Made by a program: the position numbers and the translations under genes
Part shown: positions 49,551 to 61,200 of the stretch, piece by piece
Layout: each line of letters starts with the position of its first letter
Numbering within the stretch: position 1 is the stretch's first letter
Notes under the pieces: model-generated
What the model was told of the DNA's origin: nothing
The model's database searches: none
What the model saw: only the letters and a program-made list of their open reading frames with translations
NCBI RefSeq assembly: GCF_000143415.4
Contig: NW_003314262.1
Coordinates: 3,293,256-3,357,255, forward strand
Source: Selaginella moellendorffii
Lineage: Eukaryota; Plantae; Lycopodiophyta
Direction of reading: 5' to 3'
Length of the DNA: 64,000 nt

Positions 49551-50735
49551 TATGTGGCAAATGCTGCGTGAAGAAAGATGCCCTTTCTGGGCAAATGCTG
49601 TAAGAGGCAGATGCCGAGCAGATGTATCTCAGGCTAGCGAAGGGGACAAACGAAAGCTAGCTATAAACATGACGGGATGCAAATAGATTACTAGGCTGGT
49701 CCTGCGAAAATCAAAAACCATAATTGAAAACATTGAAAATGCAAAAAGAAAGGTTTATAATATTTTTGAATTTTAAGCAACCAAAGGAATGTAAGTAGGG
49801 CATGTGTTTGTAAGTTTAAAAATGCCTCAACCACTTAAATTCCTAAGTAAATAAAGCTGTTTCTATTTTTGGTACAGGTAAACTTTATAGCGTGTGGGCT
49901 CATGCAATTTTGAACGCAAAAATGCACCAAAAAATGCTCGACTAGCATTATTCTTTGAATGGCGTGTGGCCTTATATTGCCATAAATGGACGTACACACA
50001 CAGCATAATTATTCCTTTACACGGCGAATAATCTTGGCGCGGATCGCTGACATGGCATGGCAAAGTTCGAATCACTGACATGGCACAGCTGGATCGAGGC
50101 AAGGACATGATGTGACAAAGTTCAACATCCAACAGCAAAGTCTAGAAGCTACTTAGTTTGAAATTTGTCAGAGGAATCATAAGATCTGGTTTGTCAGAGG
50201 ATTTGATGTGACGTTCAAGCATGTGTTATTTTTGAATTCTCAAACTCATTCCTAGGTCTATCATTTTTGTGCGCCGTGTTCTTGGTTCCGCTGAGCGCAG
50301 TGAGCGCTGCTTGTGTAAGCGGCGTTGTGAGCTGTGGTTTATGCGTCTACGAGCAGTTGCGGCATTGTGAGCGCCATTGCAAGCGGCAGTTTATGCGAGT
50401 GGCAGTTTGTGCGAGCGGCACTACGAGCAGTTGCGCTGGTGCGAGCGGCGCTATGGTACCACTAATGGTATGAGGGCTCATGCCATCTTGGGGCTTGCAA
50501 GTTCATCACTAGCATATTGCCAATAGTTTCTTTACCTGCCTGTAGCTGTGTGTTTATCAAGATGGCATGAGGGCTCATGCCAATTTTGTGAATGCGAAAT
50601 TTCACGTGGGTGTCAATAGCATGTTTGAATAATGGCATGTGGCCTCATGCTATTGAGGTTGTTTGGTATGTTATGATTTAGGCCATTCTCCAATCATTTT
50701 TTGTATAGTCTTAACTTCTTTTCTGCACTTTCAGA

Positions 50736-53700
50736 ATGGCCTTTATTGTTGGGGAAAAGGTTTACATTTTGAATGGTGGGAAGAGAGTTGCAAAAGAGAC
50801 CCTTGTGTCTATGAATCGGAACTTTGTTATAAACTGTCAAAGGCTTGGGGAAGGCAATGCTGCTGTATCAGTAGAGACTGTCTTCGATAGGAATGTGGTC
50901 GCTATTGAACGAGGAGAGATGGTCGTCGGGGTAAATGTTGTTGGTGCCTTGAAAAATCTTCAGAAGAAAGCAGATGTTGGGGACAGCGCAAGTGCGATGC
51001 ATGTTCCCTCCGTGGATCTTAAGAACCATGCTACATGGATTCAGGAAAAGGTGTTTCTAAACAACCCCGAGGGGGAGGTGGTAGCTGAGGGCTTAGCCAT
51101 AGTTGTCGATCCAAGAGATGCGGTTGCTAATCAAGAATAGGGTTGGGATGATATTGGAGTTGCGATTTTAGAGGTTGTTGACACAGAAGAAAACAGTCTG
51201 ACTATTGGAAGCATTGTGCGGTGGAAATTGAGGCACTTAGTGTTTGAGAATGTGAAGGATTCACAATCAAACACCACTACAACTGATGACAGAACATCTC
51301 TTCATGGGAAAAGAAAGTACACCTTCCTAAAGCGCAGCCAAAGGGATCTGAGCAACGAACCGAAAAGGCAGAAAATGGCGATGGAGGTTCGAATGGTCTT
51401 GACAGTTGCTTGTTGCAAGAGGAGGTGCTGTCAACATGCTGATTGGGATGCTATTGAAGAAGAGAGAGCAAGATACAAGATATTGTCCTGGAAGGCAGCT
51501 TGCAATTTTGTGTATGAGGCATTACGGTCATTTGTTGATGCTTCAAAACATCAGATGGGGGGCATGGTCTTCCAGAGGGGTTTGGTCTGCATGAAGGCAT
51601 GGAGAATCATTTATGGAGTCCCTCGAACCACATTCTATAGAATCAAAACTGAGTTCGAGGAACAAAGGGTTCAACAGGCAGTCCACGGGAACGACGGTAC
51701 GCACAAAACCAGGGGTCATGTTGTATATGGAGAGGCAATCTTCAAGAGGTTTGTCGAGACAGGTAGCGAGCAACAACCACATAAAACCTGCCTCTTGGAA
51801 GATGGAACACGAGACACCCAACGAGTTCTCCCTTCCATGTATACCAAGGGGGCCATACTGGAAGATGTGAATCGGGAACTCCAGAGTAATGGCTACAGGA
51901 AGCTGAGCCAATCTAGATTTAGTAGATTGTGGAGCAACAGGTTCAGGGATGTGAGTATAGGAAAGTACTCCAGCTTTTCAAAGTGTGACGAGTGCACTGC
52001 TATCAAAATGGCTTTGTCGAAGAATTCTTGCATCGCTCAAGAGCGAGAGACGTTGGTTAGAAGGCGGCTCGACCACAACATCGAGCAGAGAAGCTGCAGG
52101 ACTGCATATTATCATAACAGGATTCTCTCCATGGAGAGACCTAACTTTACCTCTGCATCATCCATGACAAAATGAACCAGAAAAAGACGTGCTTACCTCG
52201 ACTCAATCATGCCCCCAAGGCAATCTCTTCATCCATGCAGCTGCTTGTGTCTCTGTTTGGCATAATCGCTCATGGGCATGGTGCCCAGAACTATGGGAAC
52301 TTCTTTGTACCTCTATGGGGTGGCGGGGGTGCAAATATGATGATTGCATCCCTAGCAAAACACTTAAGGTCTCTGCAAAGTGCACAGACTGAGCTGAACA
52401 GCCAACCCTTGCATAAGGCCCTTGTCGATCGAACCCCATACAGGGTTCAGCTAGAGGAGGAGCAAAGGCTTGTAGTATCGCGTGGGGCCCCATGCCATCC
52501 TAGTGAATATGTTGGCCGTCAGATTGTAGGGTTATCACGTGAGGCCTCATGCCATTCCGACGAGGCTGGTTGCCCGGTGAATGCACAGCCTCATCCAAAC
52601 AAAGCAGAATCTCAAGGAAGTTCTTGCGGCCGATGTGGCCTTCCACCCCATCTGCTGCTCCAAACAGACAATGCTAGCAGTGAGAACAAAAACATGTACG
52701 TCTTCGCGTACTTGGCGATGCTTATTGCCAAAGGCATATTTGAAACGGTTACACTTGGCTTTCTCATGGTTGGGCACACTCATGAAGACGTCGATGCCAT
52801 GTTTAGTCACCTGGCAGAGTCCCTCCGGTGATCCAATGTCCTCACCCTCCCACAACTCTACGATGAATTCCAAAATTGCATCAAAGGCACTGTTGAAGCT
52901 ACACTTGTGACAGAGGTTCCAGACTTTAAGGGGTTTGTAAGAGGCTACATCAAGGACGGATCTGAAACGTTAATTGGCCACTCCAAGCCTTTTCAGTTTC
53001 ATTTCAGCATGCGTGACGGTGCTCCAGTGATGAGGTACAAAATGAGAGAATGGGACACAGTGTGGCTGCCAGTGGACGGCATTGAACTCTTCAAGAGAGA
53101 TCCCATAACTGGGGAACCTATGATTCCTTAGGGTTCCCCACGGCCAATGCACCCGGATGGACTCAAAGACCAGGAAAGTATAGTGGCCGGGATTAGACAG
53201 CATATTGCCTTCTGGAAGACGGGGTTGGTGTTTGGTGGAGAATCCTATTTTCAGAGGTGCAAGACTTTGCTCAAATACTGGGAGAAGATTATATCTGCTA
53301 TCCAAAATGGGCCGGTTGTATATGAAGAATTGGAAGAGTCCTTTTGGCCAGAACCCAGAGCACCAGATAGTAGCAGAACAATGTCCTCTGGAAATGCAGT
53401 GATAGATAACGATGTTGAGGATCACTATTGTGGGCCGAGGAACAAGAAGCCGGATTCAGCATTCAATCCAGTACAGGTCTGCAAAGGAATGGTCGTGCTT
53501 GTTAGACCCAGTAATAAAAAACAAATGATATGGGTGGGGCGCTGCATCACTGATGCAGAGGAGGACGCGGAAACTAACTCCTTCAATGTAACTGTGGAGT
53601 GGTTCAAACCAAGTTCTGGATATACGAAGGATTGCCTAGAAAAGAGATGGGTGCTGAATCCAAGGGATCCCAGTATGAGCATATCGGTGGATAATGTTGT

Positions 53701-53790
53701 GTATGGTTGGATGCGGAAGTAGAGTGCCACCATCACCTTGCCAGACCATGTAAGAGATGCAGCAAGAGCATTCATAACCCGGGTTCAAGG
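50736..53790 (+). pseudogene. Sola-like (DUF7869-type) transposase with N-terminal TNP1-like repeats and a C-terminal beta-rich domain; stops plus one frameshift
   Basis: VCMKAWRIIYGVPRTTFY; FSKCDEC; CIIHDKMNQKK; LLQTDNASSENKN; FLMVGHTHEDVDAMFS. Confidence 0.8.
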
Positions 53791-55497
53791 TGAGATTCAT
53801 TAATATTCCTTTACTAAGTTTCTAATGTATTTTATTTCAAGGTGAACAATCCGAATCTGAATCAGAGGAGGCGTGATGGCATGTGGCCTTATGCCATTCT
53901 TAGGTGAGATGATACAAATAACAAGTATAAATTCTTAGTTATTCTAGCAAATCTTACTTAAAGTTCAAGGTGAACAAGCCGAATATGAATTCATCAGATT
54001 GTTATAACAAATTGCGAGGTGATGGCATGAGGCGATATGCCATTTGAGAGTGGTAGCCATTCCTATATGAGGTGAGTGAAATATTTATTAGAAATACCTC
54101 ATTCAATTGTGCACTTCTAAGTCTTGGTCCACTCAATACTATTTGCATGTTTCTATTTTAATTCTTTCTCTAAAATGTTATTTAGCATGTGGCTTCATGC
54201 GCCATTGCTCTCCACAATCATGCATTGAATTTTTCTATCCTTGCATAATACTTCTCTATATATATAGCATGTGCGCACATGTGATATGGTTCATTAGGCC
54301 TGATATAGTGTGTGAGGTAAAACAAAGATGATGTGACATATGCATTTACCAATCACACGTGCATAAATCTAATAATATGGCGTGTGGCCCATATTAATGG
54401 CACATAAACCCATATTGTGGGCTTATGTGCTTTATGTACCATCATTCCCTTGCAGCGTGTGTGTTGGTTTCCTTTTATAACACAACAAACTCCATATTTT
54501 AGGGTGAAGAGCGTTCTCATGGCAACCACAAAATCTGTAAGTGAGGCAGAAAAGGAGACGGAGAAGGAGATAGGTGAAGATGTAGAATATATAAGTCTTC
54601 CAAACTCCCCGTACTATACTCCAGGTGATCATTTTTCTGAACAAATAGCAACATTAACAACTATCGAGAACGCCCCAATAACGTCAGAGACAACAATCTA
54701 AAGCAAAACAACTGACCCGGAGAAGGATGATAGTACCGCTGAGAGTACCAAAAAGGAGGTGTCCACTAGCGCTTAGGCTTATAATGGCGTGTGCCCTCAT
54801 GCCATTTACTTGATCACCAAATACCTTTTTCCCTTTGCACTAGTATATCTTAATACCGGCCTGAGAAATAGAATGGCATGTGCCCTCAGGCCTTTTACTA
54901 AATCACCTTTGAAAGAAATGCAAGCCTCTATGTCATAAAAAAAAGGTACTAGAGAAATTCCTTAATAATATGAATGTTATTTAGTTTCATGAAAATACAT
55001 TAAGGGTCAAATGAGTTAAATGACTTCTCCAGACTAGCAATGCCTCTTGCTACACCTTCACAATTAGATTCGTTAGAAAAAGATAACATTGAATAATATC
55101 TAAATGTTCTCACCATTAAGTTATATGTCTGGCTAATAGGAATGACGTTCATCTTGGAAAGCTCACCACACGCTCAATGAACAAACAAATAGTGTGTGCG
55201 CGCATGCCATCGCTCTTCTTTAGCTTCAAATTCGGCTTGTTCACCTTGACAATGAAATTTATTATACAACCAGATGGACTCAGTCTGGACACAAAGTCAC
55301 CGTGCTAGTCACCATGCCCCAGATATGTCTAGCCCCTGGACAAAAAACATATAATTTCACGTTATTTTCAAATACTTGAAAATTTGTACCTAGTCCCATT
55401 TTACTGAATAAATCCCACTTTAACAAAATAGAGTTAGTTGTTTCCTTGACGGTTTGCTAGACTCGGGTATGCATCAACGAGGACGTTGATCTTTCCC

Positions 55498-55510
55498 AAG
55501 GGGGGGAGAG
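55498..55510 (+). promoter_or_regulatory. Polypurine tract of Gypsy A
   Basis: AAGGGGGGGAGAG directly before the 3' LTR; same context at 58011-58023 on the minus strand. Confidence 0.85.
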
Positions 55511-56071
55511 TACATGGTCATTGACTAGTTTCTCAATTAGCTCAAGTGGGAATGATAGAGGGAACTAACTGTACCGACCTTCTGCTGTCATGGCAGTAGG
55601 AAAGAGTGTCCATAAGGACTGCCCGACAAGTATCTTTCGATACTCGAAATCACATTCACTTGGCTCAGTTCCAAACCCAACATAGTGGAAAGTGTCTAGA
55701 TTTGCTCATTTGGCATATCTATAGAATGTAGAGGTCGGTCTAAACACAATGGTGTTCGTCCCGTGCCCAAATTCGCAATCTAAGGCCATTCCAAATTTAG
55801 TAAGTTTCGAACTTGTCCTAGAGACTAACTCTTGGTACTAAGGGAGGCTTGGGGTGAAAGCCCAAAGTGTGTGTTCCTCAACAGGGGCAGGGGGGGGGCC
55901 ACCAGTATGCCAAAATTGTGCCAGACTCCATTTAACACCATTTTGCATGCAAATGCTGGATATAGGGTGCTGGTGCTGGATACGGGGAGCTGGTGCTCGT
56001 GGGATTGTACTGGACCCTCGTTTCGTAGTGTAACGGGCTTGGAGTTCAACTCCAAATTCATGTGCGCTACA
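55511..56071 (+). repeat. 3' LTR of Gypsy A with its first about 150 bp inverted and internal deletions
   Basis: 55511-55659 is the reverse complement of the LTR start; about 55686-56071 is collinear with about 27238-27770. Confidence 0.82.
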
Positions 56072-57284
56072 TCATGTTTGGTGGTAAGTTGCACCTTGTA
56101 TTTTGTTAAACTTTATATAATTAATTTTACTTAGTATAGTAGCCTTATGCCTTGATTAAGGATAGTGATGTATAACTTAGTTATTTGAGGTGTAATACCT
56201 GTATTATAGCTTTTTTTATTAAAAGGTTGTATAATTATATAAATTTATCTCATGGTCTATACTTTAATTTTACTTGAGTACTAATCATGCATAGCTAGCC
56301 TTTTTAGTTATACTCAAGCTATTGACTATAGTAGGCTTATTGCTGTATAATTGAATTTAAGTACTTATTTTATCCATACTTATCCATGATTTTTTATATT
56401 GTACTTAGAGTGTTTCCTTTTCATTAGACAAGTATATGGCTTAATGATATAAGGTTGTATTTGGGTTTATAATAACAAATTGAAAAATGATTATTGGTTA
56501 CTTTGCAACTAGTGGTTGCATGTAATCTTCATTAAGGATTGATGACACTTCTTTCGTTTGATGATGATTTAGCAATAATAGACTTTCTTTATCAGATGGT
56601 GTTACAAAGGATTATGTTATTAAACTTACATAGTTTATCCATGTTGGGATGTCAATTCTACCTCTGTCAATATCATTTGATTGAATTTAGTCTATGATGT
56701 TGAATTTCATTGAATTTTGGACGTGGTGATTCACTCCTTGATTATGTGTTATCTATAGCTAATTATTGTTAAATGTTTAATCTCAAATACGAAATAAGGT
56801 ATTTTTGACATTGGTTAATTTAATTGTTAAAGAGCTTTGAGTGGTGATTTGCTTTCATTTTCTTTTAGCTTTATATTGATAGCATTGAAGTGATGATTTA
56901 ACATTGATATTATTAATATTGAGATTGAAGTGAGATGATATAATTTTTCATGAGCATATTGAGAAATTTGAATTTTCTATTTGTGGTGGTTCAATTGGTT
57001 AGTGGTCAATTAGTCTTATTAGAAGAGAATAACATTTTGTGTCACTAGTCTCAATGAAAATTATGTTGAAAGTTAGCTATACCTTTTGTGTCATTAGTAT
57101 TCATACATTTTGTTAGTTAACAACTATATTAGCATTCAAACAAATTGAGTGGTAAATTGATATTCTAAACTAGATTACTTAGTAAAGGTTGGTTAGTGAT
57201 CAATATTGGAGTTGTTGGTTTCTTGTAGATATGAGTTTGGATTACATCAATTATTAATGATTCTTATTATACTTGTTATGAAGT

Positions 57285-59110
57285 TGTAGTGCACGTGGTT
57301 TTCACCTTTTATCCCATGATGATTTACCATAGGATAACCATGAAGTGGAACCTAAACCCTCTATATGCCACGTGTCACATGCCACGTGCCACATGCAAAT
57401 GACAGTGGTGTAGAACCCAAGTTTCAGGGCCTTGGGCCACTGAATGAAGGAATGGAGCCAAACTCCTAAGCATAAAGTCAAAGAACAAATGTACTAGAGC
57501 ACAAGTGACTCTCGAGTATATAGCCAAAGGAGTGAAGGGACAGAAGCACAGAGTGATTTAAAATAGTCCTAAAACATTTAGCATCTCAATGCCAGAACCA
57601 ACATGCAAAACAGAGCCAAATGGAGTCTGCCACTATTTCAGCATACTAGTGGCGTAATGTGAGGATATAAGTACTCCACCAACTAGCATGGTATAAAACT
57701 TGGGCTTCGATCCAAGCCAGACGCAAAACAAAGATAGGTATACAAATAAAAGTTATACTATGCCTCAGATTAGTCGGCCACAAGAGTTTCTCAAACCAAG
57801 TCGAGTATGCTCATCAAGAAATGCATAGGGTTCCTACATTATGTTTATCCGATTTAGATGCATGGTCATTAATTAGTTTCTCAACTAGCTCAAGTGGGAA
57901 TTGATAACGGGTCCAAAATACCAACCTCCTGCCATTGTGATAATAAAGAAAGAATATCCGAAAGGACTAGCTACATGTAACTTTCAATACCCAAAGTCAT
58001 ATTCGCAACACTCTCCCCCCCTTAGGGGAGATTGACATCCTCGTTGATGCATACTCCAGTTTAGATCACTAGCAAGGAAACAACTCTGGAAAAAGTTCAT
58101 GGTAATCACATTATATGAGAAATGCACCAACTTAAATGAGTTAAGGTAACCTCTTTATCTAATGTGGATGTGCTACCAACTCATACACCTTTTAGCAATT
58201 GCTAACAAGGAAATGACCGATGGAGTTAGCAACCTTTGCTGCTCTAGGTGTCACCTAGCTTACAAAAGTGTGATATACCTCTACTCGTAGGGATATAGAG
58301 AAAGAAGCTGAGGCCCCAACCCTCTTGAGCAAATAGACCAAACCTGTCGGTAAGGTTTAGATAGACTATTGTAAATAGGTAGTTAGAGTTGTTTACACGG
58401 TCATGCCCTTTTGAATGAAATAAGGAACATTAATAGAGAGGTAAGTGATGTGACTAGTCTACAGTAGCTACCCCATGATTAGAGATTTCACCATAGACAT
58501 AAAGTGCTGAAACTAATCTACCTATACTGGCCAGTTATGATGATCTTGGTGGTTTCAATACTCTAATAATGGTTTATTGGATGATAACTTTATTTAGAAT
58601 ATTTTTATGTTCTAAATTAAGATTCATTCACTGATAATTAAGTCTCTAAGGTATCATTGTCTTTGACTTTGATATTGTCCATCTATTGATTTTTGAGTTT
58701 GGATTTACTATCCAACAAAATTTAATAGTTAGTATATCATCAAGAAACTCAATGATTAAACTTAACTATCAAAGAGTCCAGATAGTATGCTAAACAACTT
58801 GCATAAAATAACTCAAAAAACACAAAATATCATTGACTGGCAAGCAAAATACTCACGAATATATCATCCAAAGGAAATAACATCTAGTCTATCAAAATTA
58901 ACTATAGTAACAATCAACAAAACAGAATGAATATGGCAAAATCAATAAACACTCATTCATGCCAACTATCACACTAGCCAATTTAAATAGAGCCCAATCA
59001 ATAATATGAAGGAACCTAAGTTGCTTAAAAAAACATCAACAACATTTTATTGATGTCTCAAACTTAAAAGACCAATCCAAAGCAAACCACAAAAAATATG
59101 TGGTATCAAA
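57285..59110 (-). mobile_element. Family B copy 3 (3' LTR 57285-58010, PPT, 3' UTR, truncated internal region)
   Basis: TGTAGTGCAC...TTCGCAACA followed by CTCTCCCCCCTT; 58024-59110 matches 34800-35765 apart from a micro-inversion. Confidence 0.78.
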
Positions 59111-59139
59111 ACAAATGGCACGGATTAGATTCCCATTGA

Positions 59140-61200
59140 TTAATAGCTACTTAAAATATAATATACCCTTAAGCAAAATATATTCCTACCCCTAAATTTG
59201 AAATTGTATATATTAGGCATCCATACATATGTCCTTCCTCTTGTGTGGAGCATCCACATGTGAAGGTATCTACCATGGGACTGCGATATAGGTAGATGAC
59301 TAATTGCTTCACATGGAATAGCTAGTCTACATAATAGAAAGATTGGTAGATTTAATGCGAAAATGGAGGTGTTGGTTCCTCTTGGCTCAGTAGAGGGTGT
59401 TAATCGATAGTCAATAAAGACATTGACATCTTTGAAGGGGGGTGAGTGAGTGTAACACATGTGATCATAGGATGAAATTCACAACAACTTGGATGCCACA
59501 TCCACAACTTAAGAAATATGGTTCGATTAAAGGATGTTCCAAAATGGAGTGTTGCCTTGTAAAGGTGGTAACCTATCAGGTAAGTCGAAGAACACGAGGT
59601 CGATGTCAAAGGTATTGTTTATTCCCAATCCTCGCATCCATCTATGGAACATAAAAGACTCTCGACTCGCGTCATTGGAAAGTTGGAAGTAGTCCTCAAT
59701 AACTATTTCCATGTGGCCAACACTTCTTGTAGGAGAAAGAGGGCAAATTTGAATAGTGTTCAAAACTAAGAAATATTAAAGTTAATACATGTTTTTTTTC
59801 ATACCTATTTGTGTGATGCCAATGAAGACAAATCTTGGAAGTCATCCTCTGTAGTAGTGGGGAGGGATGGAAAGAATGCATTTGTATGTCAGCATATAGT
59901 GCTAGTTAGTTTCTTTGACATCTACAACTAAATTACAATAAGCAAGGTCATTAAAAATCAAGTTCTTACTCTCTTGGATGTCCTTGCTATAGAGTTACCT
60001 TCGTACATTTCAAGTAGCTGAGGCTGGATGAGCAGCGACAGTAGAATCTAGGGAATGAGCAACTGCAATAGGATGAGATGGGGCAGGAGAGTTTTCAGCT
60101 GGCTTCTCCACTTGTTCCTCTTTTGTTTGCTCAATATGAATTTCCTTCCTGTCCTAAAGCATTTCCACTCCCTCCAAAAATGCTTTTATAATAAAGTAGA
60201 AACATAAGTTATTGCTAGAAAGTTTTACTCGTCAAACTTGGATGACACTCAAGATAGAGATCGAGCTCAAAAGGTGACAATGGCATTTGTCTCTACAACT
60301 CCAAGTAGCATGGACAAAATTCTCATTCCCACATAATGGGACAATGGAACTCTAGCTCATATATGCTAAACTTCTTCCCATCAGTTAAAAGCTTGAGAAA
60401 AACACTTGCTATATACACTAGAGCACTTGGACAATGATTTAAATACCTATAAAAAAGCCATGATTAAATAAGCAAGTCAATTTTTTGCAATATACCTATA
60501 TGCCATGCAACATGAGAAAAATGGTTGGCATAGTTGATTCTTGAAATCCATAGAGCTTGAGCTGCCATTAGAAAGCCATCCATCCCAAGCTCTTAAAGGG
60601 AAGCTTGGACATATTCTAAAAGTGTTATGCTAGTGTAAGCATTGGTAAGGAATTTTATATCCCATGCTTGAAATAGCTCCTCAACAACTGCAATACTCTA
60701 AGTGATATAAAGTTTCTCCTTTATAACATTCTCAAGCTTGATCTCCAGCCTTTTATCCTTATTACGATACCAAGTGTTGAGTTGCTCCAAGCAAGAGGTT
60801 TATTCATTGAAGGAGAATTTGCTTTTTGCGATGTTATAGATCAATTCTTCAAATGCTTTACCATTTCCTACAAGGACAAAAATTTTGAAGTGGAATAAGA
60901 AAGATAAAAGGGACTAACTTACTACCATCACAAGCATATCTCTATAATGCAATATAGCCAATCTTTATTATGTCAAATATCCACAATCACAAGTAGCTTC
61001 TTCACCTTTGACTTCTTCAAGTTCAAAATGCACTACTCAATTTGTCGTAGTTCAAGGTTTTTCTGCCCCTCATCCATCACTTGCATAATCTTTAAGTATA
61101 AGTTTTGCTCCATCTTAACAATTAAAATGAAAACTTGTAAGCTTAGCAACTTGGAGCCAGATTTGGAGAATCTGACTGCTTGAGGATAGGCAATAACTTT
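59140..61200 (-). pseudogene. Decayed multi-exon gene of unknown, possibly MTase-like, family
   Basis: Residual frames GNGKAFEELIYNIAK...VEELFQAW and NTFDIDLVFFDLPDRLPPLQGNTPFWN. Confidence 0.4.

Larger units (their letters stand above)
42402..55210. repeat. Dispersed 22-bp palindrome family ATGGCRTG-N6-CAYGCCAT (about 25-30 copies)
   Basis: Copies at 42694, 43771, 43846, 45082, 45237, 45373, 45631, 45766, 45862, 45967, 46108, 47605, 49887, 49959, 50465, 50562, 50632, 52477, 52534, 53876, 54022, 54377, 54784, 54873, 55189. Confidence 0.9.
42309..55435. mobile_element. 13.1-kb Sola-like (DDD transposase) DNA transposon with cargo, inserted in the 3' UTR of Gypsy A
   Basis: 26-bp TIRs AGCTCTATTTCGTTAAAGTGGGAATT (42309-42334) and its near reverse complement at 55410-55435 (3 mismatches). 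AGTT duplicated at 42304-42307 and 55436-55439. The empty site is visible in the related 3' UTR at about 58075-58095. Confidence 0.85.
26868..56071 (+). mobile_element. Gypsy chromovirus-type LTR retrotransposon A, inflated to 29.2 kb by nested insertions
   Basis: TG...CA termini with 5-bp TSD TCATG (26863-26867; 56072-56076). 5' LTR 26868-27770, PBS 27773, gag-PR-(RT)-RH-IN-chromodomain, PPT 55498-55510, 3' LTR 55511-56071. Confidence 0.9.
22862..57284 (+). mobile_element. Non-autonomous LTR element family B, copy 1 (heavily decayed; split by a solo LTR and by Gypsy A)
   Basis: LTR start TGTTGTGAATGTGA at 22862, LTR end GTGCACTATA at 25110, decayed PBS TAGTATCAAAG. Internal 25124-26867 plus 56072-57284 matches the reverse complement of about 39567-36330. 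Confidence 0.75.

Noticed and set aside
57285-59110. Inverted 3' end of B copy 1
   Set aside because: The junction falls exactly on an LTR terminus, which is better explained by an independent insertion of another copy.
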